From positions 13,141-77,140 of the IMG/VR virus record IMGVR_UViG_2740891882_000003: 64,000 bases of DNA, one strand, 5' to 3'. The notes under the pieces were generated by a model, which was not told the origin of the DNA, did no database searches, and was given only the letters and a program-made list of their open reading frames with translations. The position numbers and the translations under genes were made by a program. The stretch is from a virus. Lineage: Duplodnaviria; Caudoviricetes. Shown here piece after piece: positions 46,375 through 55,131 of this stretch (its first letter is position 1; each line of letters begins with the position of its first letter).

Positions 46375-47212
46375 GGGTATGGAATCCGTTCTCGTAGACG
46401 GAGGGGTCGGCCGGTGGCTGGTAGTTCTGGTGGCTCTTGCCGCCGACGGGGCGGAGGTTGGGCTTGCCGTTGGGCTCGGGCGCGTATTTGTCCTCGTAGC
46501 GGCGCTCGCGGAGCCAGTTGGCGGAGTGCTTGACGTACTGGAAGTCCTTGCCTGCGACTTCACGGGCGTAGGCAACAGCAGCCGTGGTGATCTTCTGCGG
46601 GTCGGCGCCCCCGAGGACTGCGGCGGTCCACGACTCAAGCGTCCTGTCGTAGTCCTTGCTCTTCGGGTAGAGCGCCCAGAAGTTGCCGAACTCCTTCTTC
46701 TCGGCGGCGGTGATCTCGCGGGCCGCAGCAGAAGGGGTAGCGGTGGCTACCCCTTGCGTAGAGGTTTCTTCTTCCTGAGGAGCTGAGGGGTCTGAGGAGT
46801 AGGGGGTAGCCGTGGCACCTTCAGAGTGAGCCCCGGCTCCTTCTGGGTGAGCCGTGGCTACCCCTTGGGGTAGCGGTGGCTCTCCCTTAGGGGTAGCCGT
46901 GGCTACCCCTTCGAAGGGTGGAACGATGAACGTCATCCGGACGCCGGGCACGGCGTAGAGGATTCGGCCGTCCTTGCCCTTGCCGATCGGGACGCGGAAC
47001 TCCCAGCCGGCGGCGGCGAGTCGCTTCAGGGCGTTGCGAACAACGACGGCATCCTTCGCCCCGGTCCAGCGGGCGAGGTCTTCGAGGGCTGCCCAGCTAC
47101 GCCGGGTGTCCTCCTTGGCGTCGTCCGCGATCTCCAGCGCAACGGCACGCTGGAGGCCGGTGATGTCCGATCCCAGCGCCTCGCGCAGCTTGCGGCGGAG
47201 CTCGTAGCCCAT
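46346..47212 (-). CDS. Replication initiator (lambda O-like)
   Basis: N-terminal wHTH-like region, internal iterons, FWALYPK..HSANWL. Confidence 0.8.
   Translation of the reverse strand: MGYELRRKLREALGSDITGLQRAVALEIADDAKEDTRRSWAALEDLARWTGAKDAVVVRNALKRLAAAGWEFRVPIGKGKDGRILYAVPGVRMTFIVPPFEGVATATPKGEPPLPQGVATAHPEGAGAHSEGATATPYSSDPSAPQEEETSTQGVATATPSAAAREITAAEKKEFGNFWALYPKSKDYDRTLESWTAAVLGGADPQKITTAAVAYAREVAGKDFQYVKHSANWLRERRYEDKYAPEPNGKPNLRPVGGKSHQNYQPPADPSVYENGFHTHARSQASGE
46732..46911. repeat. About 22-bp palindromic iterons (origin)
   Basis: GGGGTAGCCGTGGCTACCCCTT variants: five tandem plus one. Confidence 0.8.
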
Positions 47213-47396
47213 CAGTTCTCTTCTCTCAGGAGGGTGTCTCTGCTGGTCATTCGCTGTTCTGGGACAGCCCTCATGGGGGTGCTGTGGCGCGATGGCCGAC
47301 CGCACGGATACGAGAATACCGTTCGCGGGGTCCATATGCGAGTGCCGATCGCGCTCGCGTAGCGGAATCGCGTTCGCGCGTGGCACTATGGGTTGC

Positions 47397-47648
47397 ATGA
47401 CCGAGGCTGAGACGGAGATCAGGCAGGCCGCCAAGAAGCGCGAGCGCTCGAAGGCCGCCTTCGAACGTGACGACGCTGCCCTGCGTGCCCTCTTCGTCGA
47501 GTGGCGAGCCAAGGGGGTCGGCCCGTCGGACATGGCCCGCTGGTCCGGCATGACCCGCGAGTGGGTCGCCAAGATCGCACCCGACCCGAACGCCGCGGCC
47601 CGCCAAGGCGCCATCAAACGCCGGCTCGACAAACTCGACTCGGACTGA
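47397..47648 (+). CDS. Small HTH regulator, opposite strand to the operon
   Basis: GVGPSDMARWSGMTREWV; CACTAT -10 box just upstream. Confidence 0.7.
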   Translation: MTEAETEIRQAAKKRERSKAAFERDDAALRALFVEWRAKGVGPSDMARWSGMTREWVAKIAPDPNAAARQGAIKRRLDKLDSD

Positions 47649-47677
47649 CGTCTCCACGTCCCCTCCTCCTCTCCTTC

Positions 47678-47703
47678 AGCCCCGCCTTCTGGCGGGGCTT
47701 TCT
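47678..47703 (+). terminator. Intrinsic terminator
   Basis: AGCCCCGCC / GGCGGGGCT followed by TTCT. Confidence 0.75.
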
Positions 47704-47716
47704 GCTTGGCGGCTAG

Positions 47717-48223
47717 TCAGGCGGCGGCGCGGGCTCGAGCACGGTCGCGGCGCTTGCGGGCGTTCTTGCAGATCCGGCAGCGGGGACGGCCCTTTGCATT
47801 GCTCGGCGACGGTGGCTCCAGGTATGTGTTCTCTGGCGTGAGTTCGTGGCCGAGATGGCAGTGCGGGTTCCTTTTGCGGGGGCCGGGCAGCCCACCCGCA
47901 AGTCCGCGCCGGACGTTCTCCTGGCGGGTTACGGGGTCAAGGTGAGCTGGGGATACGCATCGGCGCACGCGGCAGAGATGGTCGAGGTCTAGGCCATCCG
48001 GGATGGATCCGTTGGCCAACTGGTATGCCACTCGATGGGCGCGCGCCTGGCGCTCGCCGTCCCAGAATGCGCCGTACCCGCTGCCTTTCCCGGAAGCCGT
48101 CCAGATGACGCACTTTGCCGCCGCGTCCGTCGTTGCTGCACAGAGGAGGCACTGGCAGTCGGTGGCAATGCGCGTCTTCGCCCAGAATCGTGAGGCGAGA
48201 GACGGACGTCGCTGGGCGGTCAT
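47717..48223 (-). CDS. HNH endonuclease
   Basis: [24 protein letters not shown]. Confidence 0.9.
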   Translation of the reverse strand: MTAQRRPSLASRFWAKTRIATDCQCLLCAATTDAAAKCVIWTASGKGSGYGAFWDGERQARAHRVAYQLANGSIPDGLDLDHLCRVRRCVSPAHLDPVTRQENVRRGLAGGLPGPRKRNPHCHLGHELTPENTYLEPPSPSNAKGRPRCRICKNARKRRDRARARAAA

Positions 48224-48636
48224 GCGGCGACCGCCAGTCCTGCGACGGCCTTGCGCCATTGCCGGTCGGTCTCCAGGTGGCCGGTGCACAGGCCGCGGCC
48301 GGCGCGGGCCTTGCGGCAGCCGTCGATGGTGCACAGCTGGTCGGGGCCGAGCATTCCGGCTTCGGCTTCCCATTCCTTGACGAGTCGCTCGTAGACGCAC
48401 AGGTGGACGGAGACGACGGCGCGCGGGGTGTCGTTGCGGCGCATCCACAGGGCGGCTTCGCGGAGTTCGTGTTCGTTGAGTGCGGGCCGCGGGTCTTCGC
48501 CGCTGATGGCGCGTTCGACGGCGTACCAGTCGATGGTGTCGGTGGAGAACTTGTCTTCGGTGGCGGGCGGGATGAAGGCGGGGCGCCGTGAGCGGGCGAC
48601 GGCGGCGATGAAGGGCCGCTCGCGCATCTCAGCCAT
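48220..48636 (-). CDS. HTH-like protein with C-terminal zinc finger
   Basis: IDWYAVERA; CTIDGC..GLCTGH. Confidence 0.6.
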   Translation of the reverse strand: MAEMRERPFIAAVARSRRPAFIPPATEDKFSTDTIDWYAVERAISGEDPRPALNEHELREAALWMRRNDTPRAVVSVHLCVYERLVKEWEAEAGMLGPDQLCTIDGCRKARAGRGLCTGHLETDRQWRKAVAGLAVAA

Positions 48637-48943
48637 TGGTGTCCCCCATTCGGTGCTGGTTGGTGGCGGCGAGGATTTGCAGGCAGATGAGGAGGTCGTC
48701 TTCGTTGCTGCCGGGCTCGGCAGGTTCGGGCCGCTCCTCGAATCGGGCGGCCCGCTGTGCGGCGATGTGGTCGTTGCGGTCGGCGCGTCGGGTGTCGTCG
48801 TGGATGGACCACCACACGACCCACAGGGCCGCGGCGGCGACGGCGAGGGCGACAAGCCCGGTCCAGTGACCAACGGTCCAGTCGACGACGGGCTGGAGGT
48901 TGTTGCCGGCGGTGAGCCAGGCGCCGTACAGGTCGGGGCTCAC
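48629..48943 (-). CDS. Membrane protein
   Basis: One TM. Confidence 0.55.
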   Translation of the reverse strand: MSPDLYGAWLTAGNNLQPVVDWTVGHWTGLVALAVAAAALWVVWWSIHDDTRRADRNDHIAAQRAARFEERPEPAEPGSNEDDLLICLQILAATNQHRMGDTNG

Positions 48944-49038
48944 GTGCGCCTCCCGGTGCGTGCAGGGCGGACGATGAGGGCGAAGACGATGGCGGCGACG
49001 CCGACCGTGGCGGCGAAGGCGGCGAGGAACAGGGCCAT
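48940..49038 (-). CDS. 32-aa TM peptide
   Basis: MALFLAAFAATVGVAAIVFALIVR; overlaps both neighbours. Confidence 0.55.
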   Translation of the reverse strand: MALFLAAFAATVGVAAIVFALIVRPARTGRRT

Positions 49039-50663
49039 CACGCCGCCTCCCCCGTCTCGATGGGGCGTCCGGAGCGGCATGCCCACGGGGAGCAACCGTC
49101 GGGGTCTCCGGACTCGGCGATGGCGAGTTCCGCCGCATACACCTGGTCGGCGACGGTGGACTGCTTCTGTTCGCGCGGCTGACGAACGTCGATGGGGGCT
49201 TCGTCGAGCGGCATCCGGGAGATGTGTAGGAACCGCTGGTGGTTCATGCCCGGGGCGTCGCGGTACGCCTTGTCGAAAGCGACCGCCGCATCCCACTCGG
49301 GAGCCCGGAAGCCGGGGCAGGTGCACACGACAGCAGGAACGTCGTCGCCTGCACCACGGTTGTAGACGTGGGCACAGCGCAGCGGTTCCACAATGCCGCG
49401 CCAGTGGTCATCGCGGTGGTGCCCGCAGACGCAGGTGTCCCGCAGGCGCCGCCATTCGGCGTTCGACTTGAACGGACAGCCCAGGCACGCGGACTTGGCG
49501 ACGTCGCCCCAGCCGTGTGCAGCGAGGTAGTCGATGCACTGCTGCCGGGACATGCCCAGTTCGAGCAGTGGATGGCGGCTGCGGGAGTAGCGGGTGTCAC
49601 CGCGGTTGGAGACGCGCCCGATCTCGTCGGTGGAGAACCCGATCCACTGCTCCGCCCACACGCCGGCCGGGGGCGGCCCAACCTGGATGACGACGCGTTT
49701 ACCGTCGCAGACGGAGCACTTGGCGACTTCCGTTTCGCCGCGCTTTGCGCGCCACGGTGCGACGCGATATCCGTTGCCGCCGCAGAAGCGGCACAACTTC
49801 TCAACGGGTCGTCCGCCGAGGAGACGGCGGACCTGTTCAAGGATGGGCGTGAGCTTGTACATCTGGGTGCACTTGCGGTTGAGCATGCCCCGGTCGCGCC
49901 GAATCTCGGTGTGCGTGGCGACCGGGATGCGGCCGGTTGACTCGCACAGCTCGTGCGCCTTGGGGAGGCCGCCGAGTATCTCGGCGCGGCAGAGTGCAAC
50001 GACGACCAAGTTGGCGGCGTGCGCAAGCTCCTCCTCCTCGTCGGGACCGCCGAGGTCCCAGAACGCGATGTCGGAGCGGGCCATGACCTCGTCGCGTTCG
50101 TCGGTGAGCAGGCGGGAAAGGTCGTCCAGGTCGCCCAGGTCGGGGAAGTTCCGCACCAGTTCGATGGCCTCGAACAGCTCGGCCATCTCAGGGCCATCGA
50201 GGTCGTGGGCGACCGCGTCGAACAGCGCCGGTGTCTCGTCTTCGTCCCACGGGTTCTCGCGTATTTCGCGTAGTTTCCGCCACCCGCACGCCTCGTCCGG
50301 GCAGATCGCCCACCGGTCGACGACAGTGACCTCATACGGCTCGGAGATGGTGAAGCCGGGGATGCCGCGCATCTTGTTCGGGTTGAGGACGTCGTCCTGG
50401 ATGATGCCGTTGTTGACCCGATACAGGGGAATGCCGAGCGGCTTGAAGATCTCCCGCTCTACACGGTCAAGTACTGCGTAGACGGCGGCGGGCTCCCACC
50501 CGGTGTCGGCGAAGATTGCAGCGTCGGGCTTCTCCAGCTTCCCTTCCTGGATCAGGAGGGCTTCAGTGACGGACTGGACGCCCGCCCCGAACGACATCAG
50601 CTTGAGAGCAGGCGCCGCGCCCTGGTCGCCCGCTTTCTGCTTGCGCTTGCTGCGGCTACTCAC
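49038..50663 (-). CDS. PAPS-reductase-like / PP-loop enzyme
   Basis: SFGAGVQS, FADTGWE, IGFSTDE, KSACLGCPF. Confidence 0.75.
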   Translation of the reverse strand: MSSRSKRKQKAGDQGAAPALKLMSFGAGVQSVTEALLIQEGKLEKPDAAIFADTGWEPAAVYAVLDRVEREIFKPLGIPLYRVNNGIIQDDVLNPNKMRGIPGFTISEPYEVTVVDRWAICPDEACGWRKLREIRENPWDEDETPALFDAVAHDLDGPEMAELFEAIELVRNFPDLGDLDDLSRLLTDERDEVMARSDIAFWDLGGPDEEEELAHAANLVVVALCRAEILGGLPKAHELCESTGRIPVATHTEIRRDRGMLNRKCTQMYKLTPILEQVRRLLGGRPVEKLCRFCGGNGYRVAPWRAKRGETEVAKCSVCDGKRVVIQVGPPPAGVWAEQWIGFSTDEIGRVSNRGDTRYSRSRHPLLELGMSRQQCIDYLAAHGWGDVAKSACLGCPFKSNAEWRRLRDTCVCGHHRDDHWRGIVEPLRCAHVYNRGAGDDVPAVVCTCPGFRAPEWDAAVAFDKAYRDAPGMNHQRFLHISRMPLDEAPIDVRQPREQKQSTVADQVYAAELAIAESGDPDGCSPWACRSGRPIETGEAA

Positions 50664-50854
50664 AGTTCCGGTTCCCTTCCGTGCTGGTGGTGGTTGGCGG
50701 CCTCGACGAGCTGGTCGAGGAGCGGGTTCGGGTCGTGGATGCGGATCTCGGCGTGCGTGTTGTCGGCGAACGGCTCGAAGCAGATGAGGCAGACCAGGAC
50801 GAACACGTCGGGGCCCTCGTTGCGGAGCCGGAACTGGCGTGGGTCGGCAGCCAT
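50660..50854 (-). CDS. Hypothetical protein
   Basis: Coupled to neighbours. Confidence 0.55.
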   Translation of the reverse strand: MAADPRQFRLRNEGPDVFVLVCLICFEPFADNTHAEIRIHDPNPLLDQLVEAANHHQHGREPEL

Positions 50855-51198
50855 CAGGCGGCCCTCCGTGCGGCGGCGGTGCCGCGCCACGTCCGCACTC
50901 CGCTGTGGTGGGCGGTGGGCCGGTCGCTGCAGGCCCATCCGGCGGTGCGGACGTAGCCCTCGTCCTTCAGTAGGGTCATGAGGCGCCCCCAGTGCGCCTG
51001 CGGGTTGGGCGGCGACGGCAGGTCGTGGGTGTCGGCGATCTCGTAGGTGGTGAAGGTGCGGCCAGTCGCGGCGGCGTCTATGAAGCGGGGCCAGACGATG
51101 GCGAGCCACGTCTCGTAGTCCTCGGCGCGCTGGACGGTGCGGGTCTTCCGCGGCTCGGGGACGCTGCCGTCGAGGGCGGGCTGCACAGTCGCGGTCAT
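50854..51198 (-). CDS. Hypothetical protein, possible winged helix
   Basis: TFTTYEIA..HWGRLM. Confidence 0.6.
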   Translation of the reverse strand: MTATVQPALDGSVPEPRKTRTVQRAEDYETWLAIVWPRFIDAAATGRTFTTYEIADTHDLPSPPNPQAHWGRLMTLLKDEGYVRTAGWACSDRPTAHHSGVRTWRGTAAARRAA

Positions 51199-51593
51199 GA
51201 GACGACCGCCTGCAGCTGCTGCTCGACGGCGGCGAGGGTGTCGTCGTCGGGCGTCCAGAAGCCGAGAGCGCCCTTCGCTGGCACAGGCTCAGGCAGGGCG
51301 ATGACGTCGGCGAGATCCCAGTGGTAGAGGCCGGGTTGGGCCCAGTAGCTGCAGCAGACCTGGTTGCCGTTGTCGTAGTGGCAGCCGGTCACTGTGGCGA
51401 CGGCGACGATGGCGCTGTACACGTCGAGGTGGTCGCCGTAGACGATGGCCCAGCGGTCGCGCTGTGCCCCGGCGTGGATGAGGATGCGGGCGCCGTGGTG
51501 CTTGGCGGGGAGTTTCCAGGTGCGGTTCTCGACGCGCTTCGTCTGGTGGGCGATCGCGCCGGCCCAGGGCTGGCGGATGGTGAGTGCCTTCAT
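51195..51593 (-). CDS. ASCH-domain protein
   Basis: KALTIRQPWA..KRVENRTW..IHAG..KGALGFW. Confidence 0.88.
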   Translation of the reverse strand: MKALTIRQPWAGAIAHQTKRVENRTWKLPAKHHGARILIHAGAQRDRWAIVYGDHLDVYSAIVAVATVTGCHYDNGNQVCCSYWAQPGLYHWDLADVIALPEPVPAKGALGFWTPDDDTLAAVEQQLQAVVS

Positions 51594-51832
51594 CGTCCGG
51601 CCGCCTTTTCTCCAGCAGCGGCGCGCCAGGCCTCGTAGCCGGCGGCGGGCATCGCGCCCGTGCGTGTGTTGCCGAGGGCGGACGCTGCGGCGAGCGCGAG
51701 CGTGGCGTGCACCTGTGCCTCGGCGATCTGCCGGGCGGCGGCCGGGTTTTCGCCCTCGTAGGTGGTCAGGTTGTCCTCGTAGGCCGTGGCGAGCAGGCGC
51801 TCGGCCTCCTGGTAGTGCTCGGGTCCTGTCAT
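51590..51832 (-). CDS. Small helical protein (MTGPEHY family)
   Basis: MTGPEHYQEAERLL..AEAQVHATLA. Confidence 0.7.
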   Translation of the reverse strand: MTGPEHYQEAERLLATAYEDNLTTYEGENPAAARQIAEAQVHATLALAAASALGNTRTGAMPAAGYEAWRAAAGEKAAGR

Positions 51833-51899
51833 GGCGGCGTAATCTCCTGGAGTGAGGGGCCGGCCCGATACCCGCGGGCCGGCCGTTCGCGTGTGCGGG

Positions 51900-52562
51900 C
51901 TAGAAGGGCGGGTCTGACGGGTCGCGGCCGAGGGTGAGTTCGGTGATCCGCTTCTCGATGTCCGGCGTGAGGTCGGCACCCTCGGCCTTCAAGGCGAAGG
52001 CAATCGAGCGGGCCACGTTCTGGCTGTCGCCCTCGCTGAGAAGCGCGGCGGCGAGCAGGTCGGCAAGGATCCGGCGGACCGGCTCGGGGACCTGCGCGGT
52101 GATGTCGGGCACTTTCGACCATGGGTCGCGCTGGGGTGCCGCCATCCACCCACTGGCCGGCGTGAGACCTGCCGGGGTCTTGTAGGCGGATCGCGGGTCC
52201 CAGCCGTCGTCGGAGAGCTGGGAATCGACGAGGTCGTCGACATTGCAGTGGGCTTCGTCGAGCGCCTTGGTGAGGTCGAGGGCCGCCTTCCAGCGGTCCG
52301 TCTCTCGGCTGGCCAGTCCCTTGGCGATGTGCACGGCGACGAGGCTGCGGGTGTCGTTGAAGCGGCGGCGCAGCGACTGGAGTGCCTCCCGCAGGTCCGC
52401 GGTCTGGGCGGCCCGCTCCTCGCTGCGGGCGAGCGTGGCGTGGACCTGGGCCTCGGCGAGCATGCGGTCGGCTTCGGGGTTGTGGCCTTCGAAGGTGGTG
52501 TTCTTGTCTTCGCGGGCCGCGGCCAGCAGGCGGACCGCTTCGGCGCGGTGGTCGATGCTCAC
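51900..52562 (-). CDS. Hypothetical protein with the same N-terminal module
   Basis: HRAEAVRLL..AEAQVHATLA. Confidence 0.65.
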   Translation of the reverse strand: MSIDHRAEAVRLLAAAREDKNTTFEGHNPEADRMLAEAQVHATLARSEERAAQTADLREALQSLRRRFNDTRSLVAVHIAKGLASRETDRWKAALDLTKALDEAHCNVDDLVDSQLSDDGWDPRSAYKTPAGLTPASGWMAAPQRDPWSKVPDITAQVPEPVRRILADLLAAALLSEGDSQNVARSIAFALKAEGADLTPDIEKRITELTLGRDPSDPPF

Positions 52563-53437
52563 GCGGCACCCGCCTTCTGCGCCGCGGCGGCACGCAGCTT
52601 GCCGGTGAGGTCGCGGATGGCGTTGGCGGACACGTCGTCGAGAGGTGCCCCGAGGGCTTCGTAGGCGAGGTGGTCGAGGTCGCCCGCGACGCCCTGCTCG
52701 GCGGCGAACGCGCGGAGTTCCTGGACGGCGGCGGCGTGATCGTCGTCGTCGGTGTCGATGACCACCACATCCGAGGCGTCCGGCTCGGTGGCCGCCGACT
52801 GGACCGGGGCGGTGAGGGCGGCGACGGACAGCGGCGCCCGCTTCGGCTGTACGGCGTCGCCGTGGACGTAGCCGTCGAGCTCCTCGGCCGCGTAGGGCAT
52901 GCCGTGGAGCGCGTCCGAGGCGACGAGGCGGCAGATCTCCCCGGTGGCCCGGTTGATCAGCATCGTCTTCCGCTGCTTCTTCCACTGGTCCTTGCCCAGA
53001 AGACCCATCAAACGGGCCCGCTCGACATCCCAAACCACGGTCTGCCAGGCATCGGCTCCCTTGCGGCGTCCGCGCATCACGCAGTGGTCGTCGTCGGCCT
53101 CGACGAGCTCGATCTCGTGCCCCTTCGACTGCAGCAGGCCGCGCATGGCGTGCGCCCGCAGGGCGGGCTGGCCCTGGATGACGTCGATGGACTTCAGCGA
53201 CGTCATGGGCTGGATGCCCAGCTCGTGTCCGGCGAGGATCACGGCGGTGACCTCGTCGGGCTTGCCGCGGTAGGCGCCGGCCAGGCTGGTGGTGGCGATG
53301 TTCGCGGCGATGTTGGAGATGGCGATGGCGTCGCGGGCCCACGCCTCCAGCTCCGACTCGGTCGGGGGGCTGGCTTCGAGGTGAGCGACGACCGCGGCGG
53401 TTTCTTCGTCGCGGGTGGCGATTTCGTTGCTGGTCAT
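52559..53437 (-). CDS. RecT-like single-strand annealing protein
   Basis: GHELGIQPMTSL..IDVIQG..GKDQWKK..ML..RA; next to exonuclease. Confidence 0.75.
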   Translation of the reverse strand: MTSNEIATRDEETAAVVAHLEASPPTESELEAWARDAIAISNIAANIATTSLAGAYRGKPDEVTAVILAGHELGIQPMTSLKSIDVIQGQPALRAHAMRGLLQSKGHEIELVEADDDHCVMRGRRKGADAWQTVVWDVERARLMGLLGKDQWKKQRKTMLINRATGEICRLVASDALHGMPYAAEELDGYVHGDAVQPKRAPLSVAALTAPVQSAATEPDASDVVVIDTDDDDHAAAVQELRAFAAEQGVAGDLDHLAYEALGAPLDDVSANAIRDLTGKLRAAAAQKAGAA

Positions 53438-53865
53438 CCGATCTTCTTCCTGGCTCGGTATCGGCGGTTGGCGGCGTTCACGCACTCCCGGCAGGCGCGT
53501 CCGTGATCGCCGTTCGGGAGGGTGTTCTCGGGCGTGAAGGCGTGGCCGTTCTTGCAGTGCGTCTTGCGCGGGGCTCCCGCCCGCTGGGAGCCGCGGGCGA
53601 CGTTGACCGCCCGGGTCACGGGTTCGAGATGGTCTGGGTTGCAACAGGCGCGGATCCGGCAGACGTGGTCGAGTTCGGTGCCGTCGGGTATCGGGCCGAC
53701 GAGGAGTTCCCACACGGCGCGATGGACGATGGCGGCTCCCTGACGCCGGCCCTTGCTGATGACTCCGTAGCCGCCGCGGTTCTTCGCGCCGGTCCACAGC
53801 CAGCAGATGCCGGTCGCATCGACCTTGGGGAACAGCCGTTCCTCGATCGGCTTGGCGGCCCTCAT
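53434..53865 (-). CDS. HNH endonuclease
   Basis: VHRAVW..LDHVCRIRACCNPDHL. Confidence 0.9.
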   Translation of the reverse strand: MRAAKPIEERLFPKVDATGICWLWTGAKNRGGYGVISKGRRQGAAIVHRAVWELLVGPIPDGTELDHVCRIRACCNPDHLEPVTRAVNVARGSQRAGAPRKTHCKNGHAFTPENTLPNGDHGRACRECVNAANRRYRARKKIG

Positions 53866-54716
53866 TCGAGGTACTCCTCGGCCTGTCGGATGGTGTCCCA
53901 GGTCGGCATTCCGATCTGGGGGATTTCGGTCACCGGGCCGGTCCAGTCGGGCCAGGTGTCGTTGGCGACGCACTCGGCGTAGATGCGCAGCGCCCTCTCG
54001 TTGCGGGCGCGGCCGATGTCGCGGTCCTGGTCGGTGAGTTCGCGGACCGTGACTAGGTAGGGAGCGATCTTCGACTGGAAGACGAAGACGAACCGGGCGC
54101 CGTCGGGGGCGAGTCCGGCGGCTTCGACGCCGTCGATGTAGAAGGCGTCTTGCTGGTGGTACGACCGGTCTTTGATGGCGCGGCTGATGGTGTCCGGCGC
54201 CGCATCCTTGATCGTCTTGTAGTCGACGATGATCGGGCCGCGTAGCCAGTCCGGGCGGACCCGGCAGCGCACGCCGGTCGCCGGATCCGTCCAGTAGATC
54301 GACCGCTCCGCGACCCCGGCGCCCGGCGTGAACAGCGGCCCTGCGATGGGATGCCGGCGGATCTGCTCCGCCATCTCCACGACCATGTCGTGGTCCTTGG
54401 TCAGTAGTGGCACCTTGCCCGCGGCGTAGGCGTCGTCGCGTTGGATCTGGGCGTCCTTCTTGCGCCAGTCGGGGAAGTCGATGACCTCCAGTTCCGGGCC
54501 CTCCCCCAGCACGTACAGGTGTGCGGCGTGCCCGAGGTCGAACTCCTTCTTCGGCGGGGCCGGGTGGTCGCGGTCGTATTTGAACTGGGCGGGGCAGCCG
54601 GGTGTGAGGAGGGCGCGCAGCCCGGACGACGAGACCGACGTCTTGTCTGCGTGGTAGGCCTCGGCGGACAGACCGTCGACGACCTTCGGCGCCTCGACCT
54701 CAACGGCGGCGGTCAT
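53862..54716 (-). CDS. RecE-like PD-(D/E)XK exonuclease
   Basis: YHAD..SSSGLR, RVRPDWL, VDYKT, YHQQDAFY. Confidence 0.88.
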   Translation of the reverse strand: MTAAVEVEAPKVVDGLSAEAYHADKTSVSSSGLRALLTPGCPAQFKYDRDHPAPPKKEFDLGHAAHLYVLGEGPELEVIDFPDWRKKDAQIQRDDAYAAGKVPLLTKDHDMVVEMAEQIRRHPIAGPLFTPGAGVAERSIYWTDPATGVRCRVRPDWLRGPIIVDYKTIKDAAPDTISRAIKDRSYHQQDAFYIDGVEAAGLAPDGARFVFVFQSKIAPYLVTVRELTDQDRDIGRARNERALRIYAECVANDTWPDWTGPVTEIPQIGMPTWDTIRQAEEYLE

Positions 54717-55006
54717 CGGTTCATCCCGCGGGCGATGTTGTCGACGATGCGGGCGGCGCTCTCGTTGCCGGGGATTGTGCGGAGCGTGTCGGCGGCGGCG
54801 TCCAGGATGGCGGCGGCGTAGGCGCCCATGAGGCGGGCCGCTTTGTCGTCCAGCCAGCCGCCGTCCTCCAGTGCGCCACGCAGGGCGCTGGCAGCCTCGG
54901 TGTCGCACTCCTCGCACAGGCCGTCTTTGGTGAACGGGCCGGCTTCGTCGCCGCAGCGGGTGCACGCGAGTGGCGCGACCTGCTTTGTGGTGGTTTCGGT
55001 GCTCAT
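54713..55006 (-). CDS. Hypothetical protein
   Basis: CTRC..CEEC; RBS AGGAG. Confidence 0.6.
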   Translation of the reverse strand: MSTETTTKQVAPLACTRCGDEAGPFTKDGLCEECDTEAASALRGALEDGGWLDDKAARLMGAYAAAILDAAADTLRTIPGNESAARIVDNIARGMNR

Positions 55007-55131
55007 GTGACTCTCCTGAAGATGTGACTGGGGACGGGACTCCGCCCCGGGCGGGGGGGTGCCGCGAGGCGGAGTCCCTGGGGTGGCCGCGGAGTTGGGG
55101 GGACTCGACACGGCCGGTCTGGAGGTGTTGG

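Noticed and set aside
46732-46911. Possible CRISPR array
   Set aside because: Tandem units without unique spacers, inside a CDS, no cas genes
49350-50350. Intein in the PAPS-reductase-like inserts
   Set aside because: No C..HN-C/S/T splice junctions or LAGLIDADG motifs recognised
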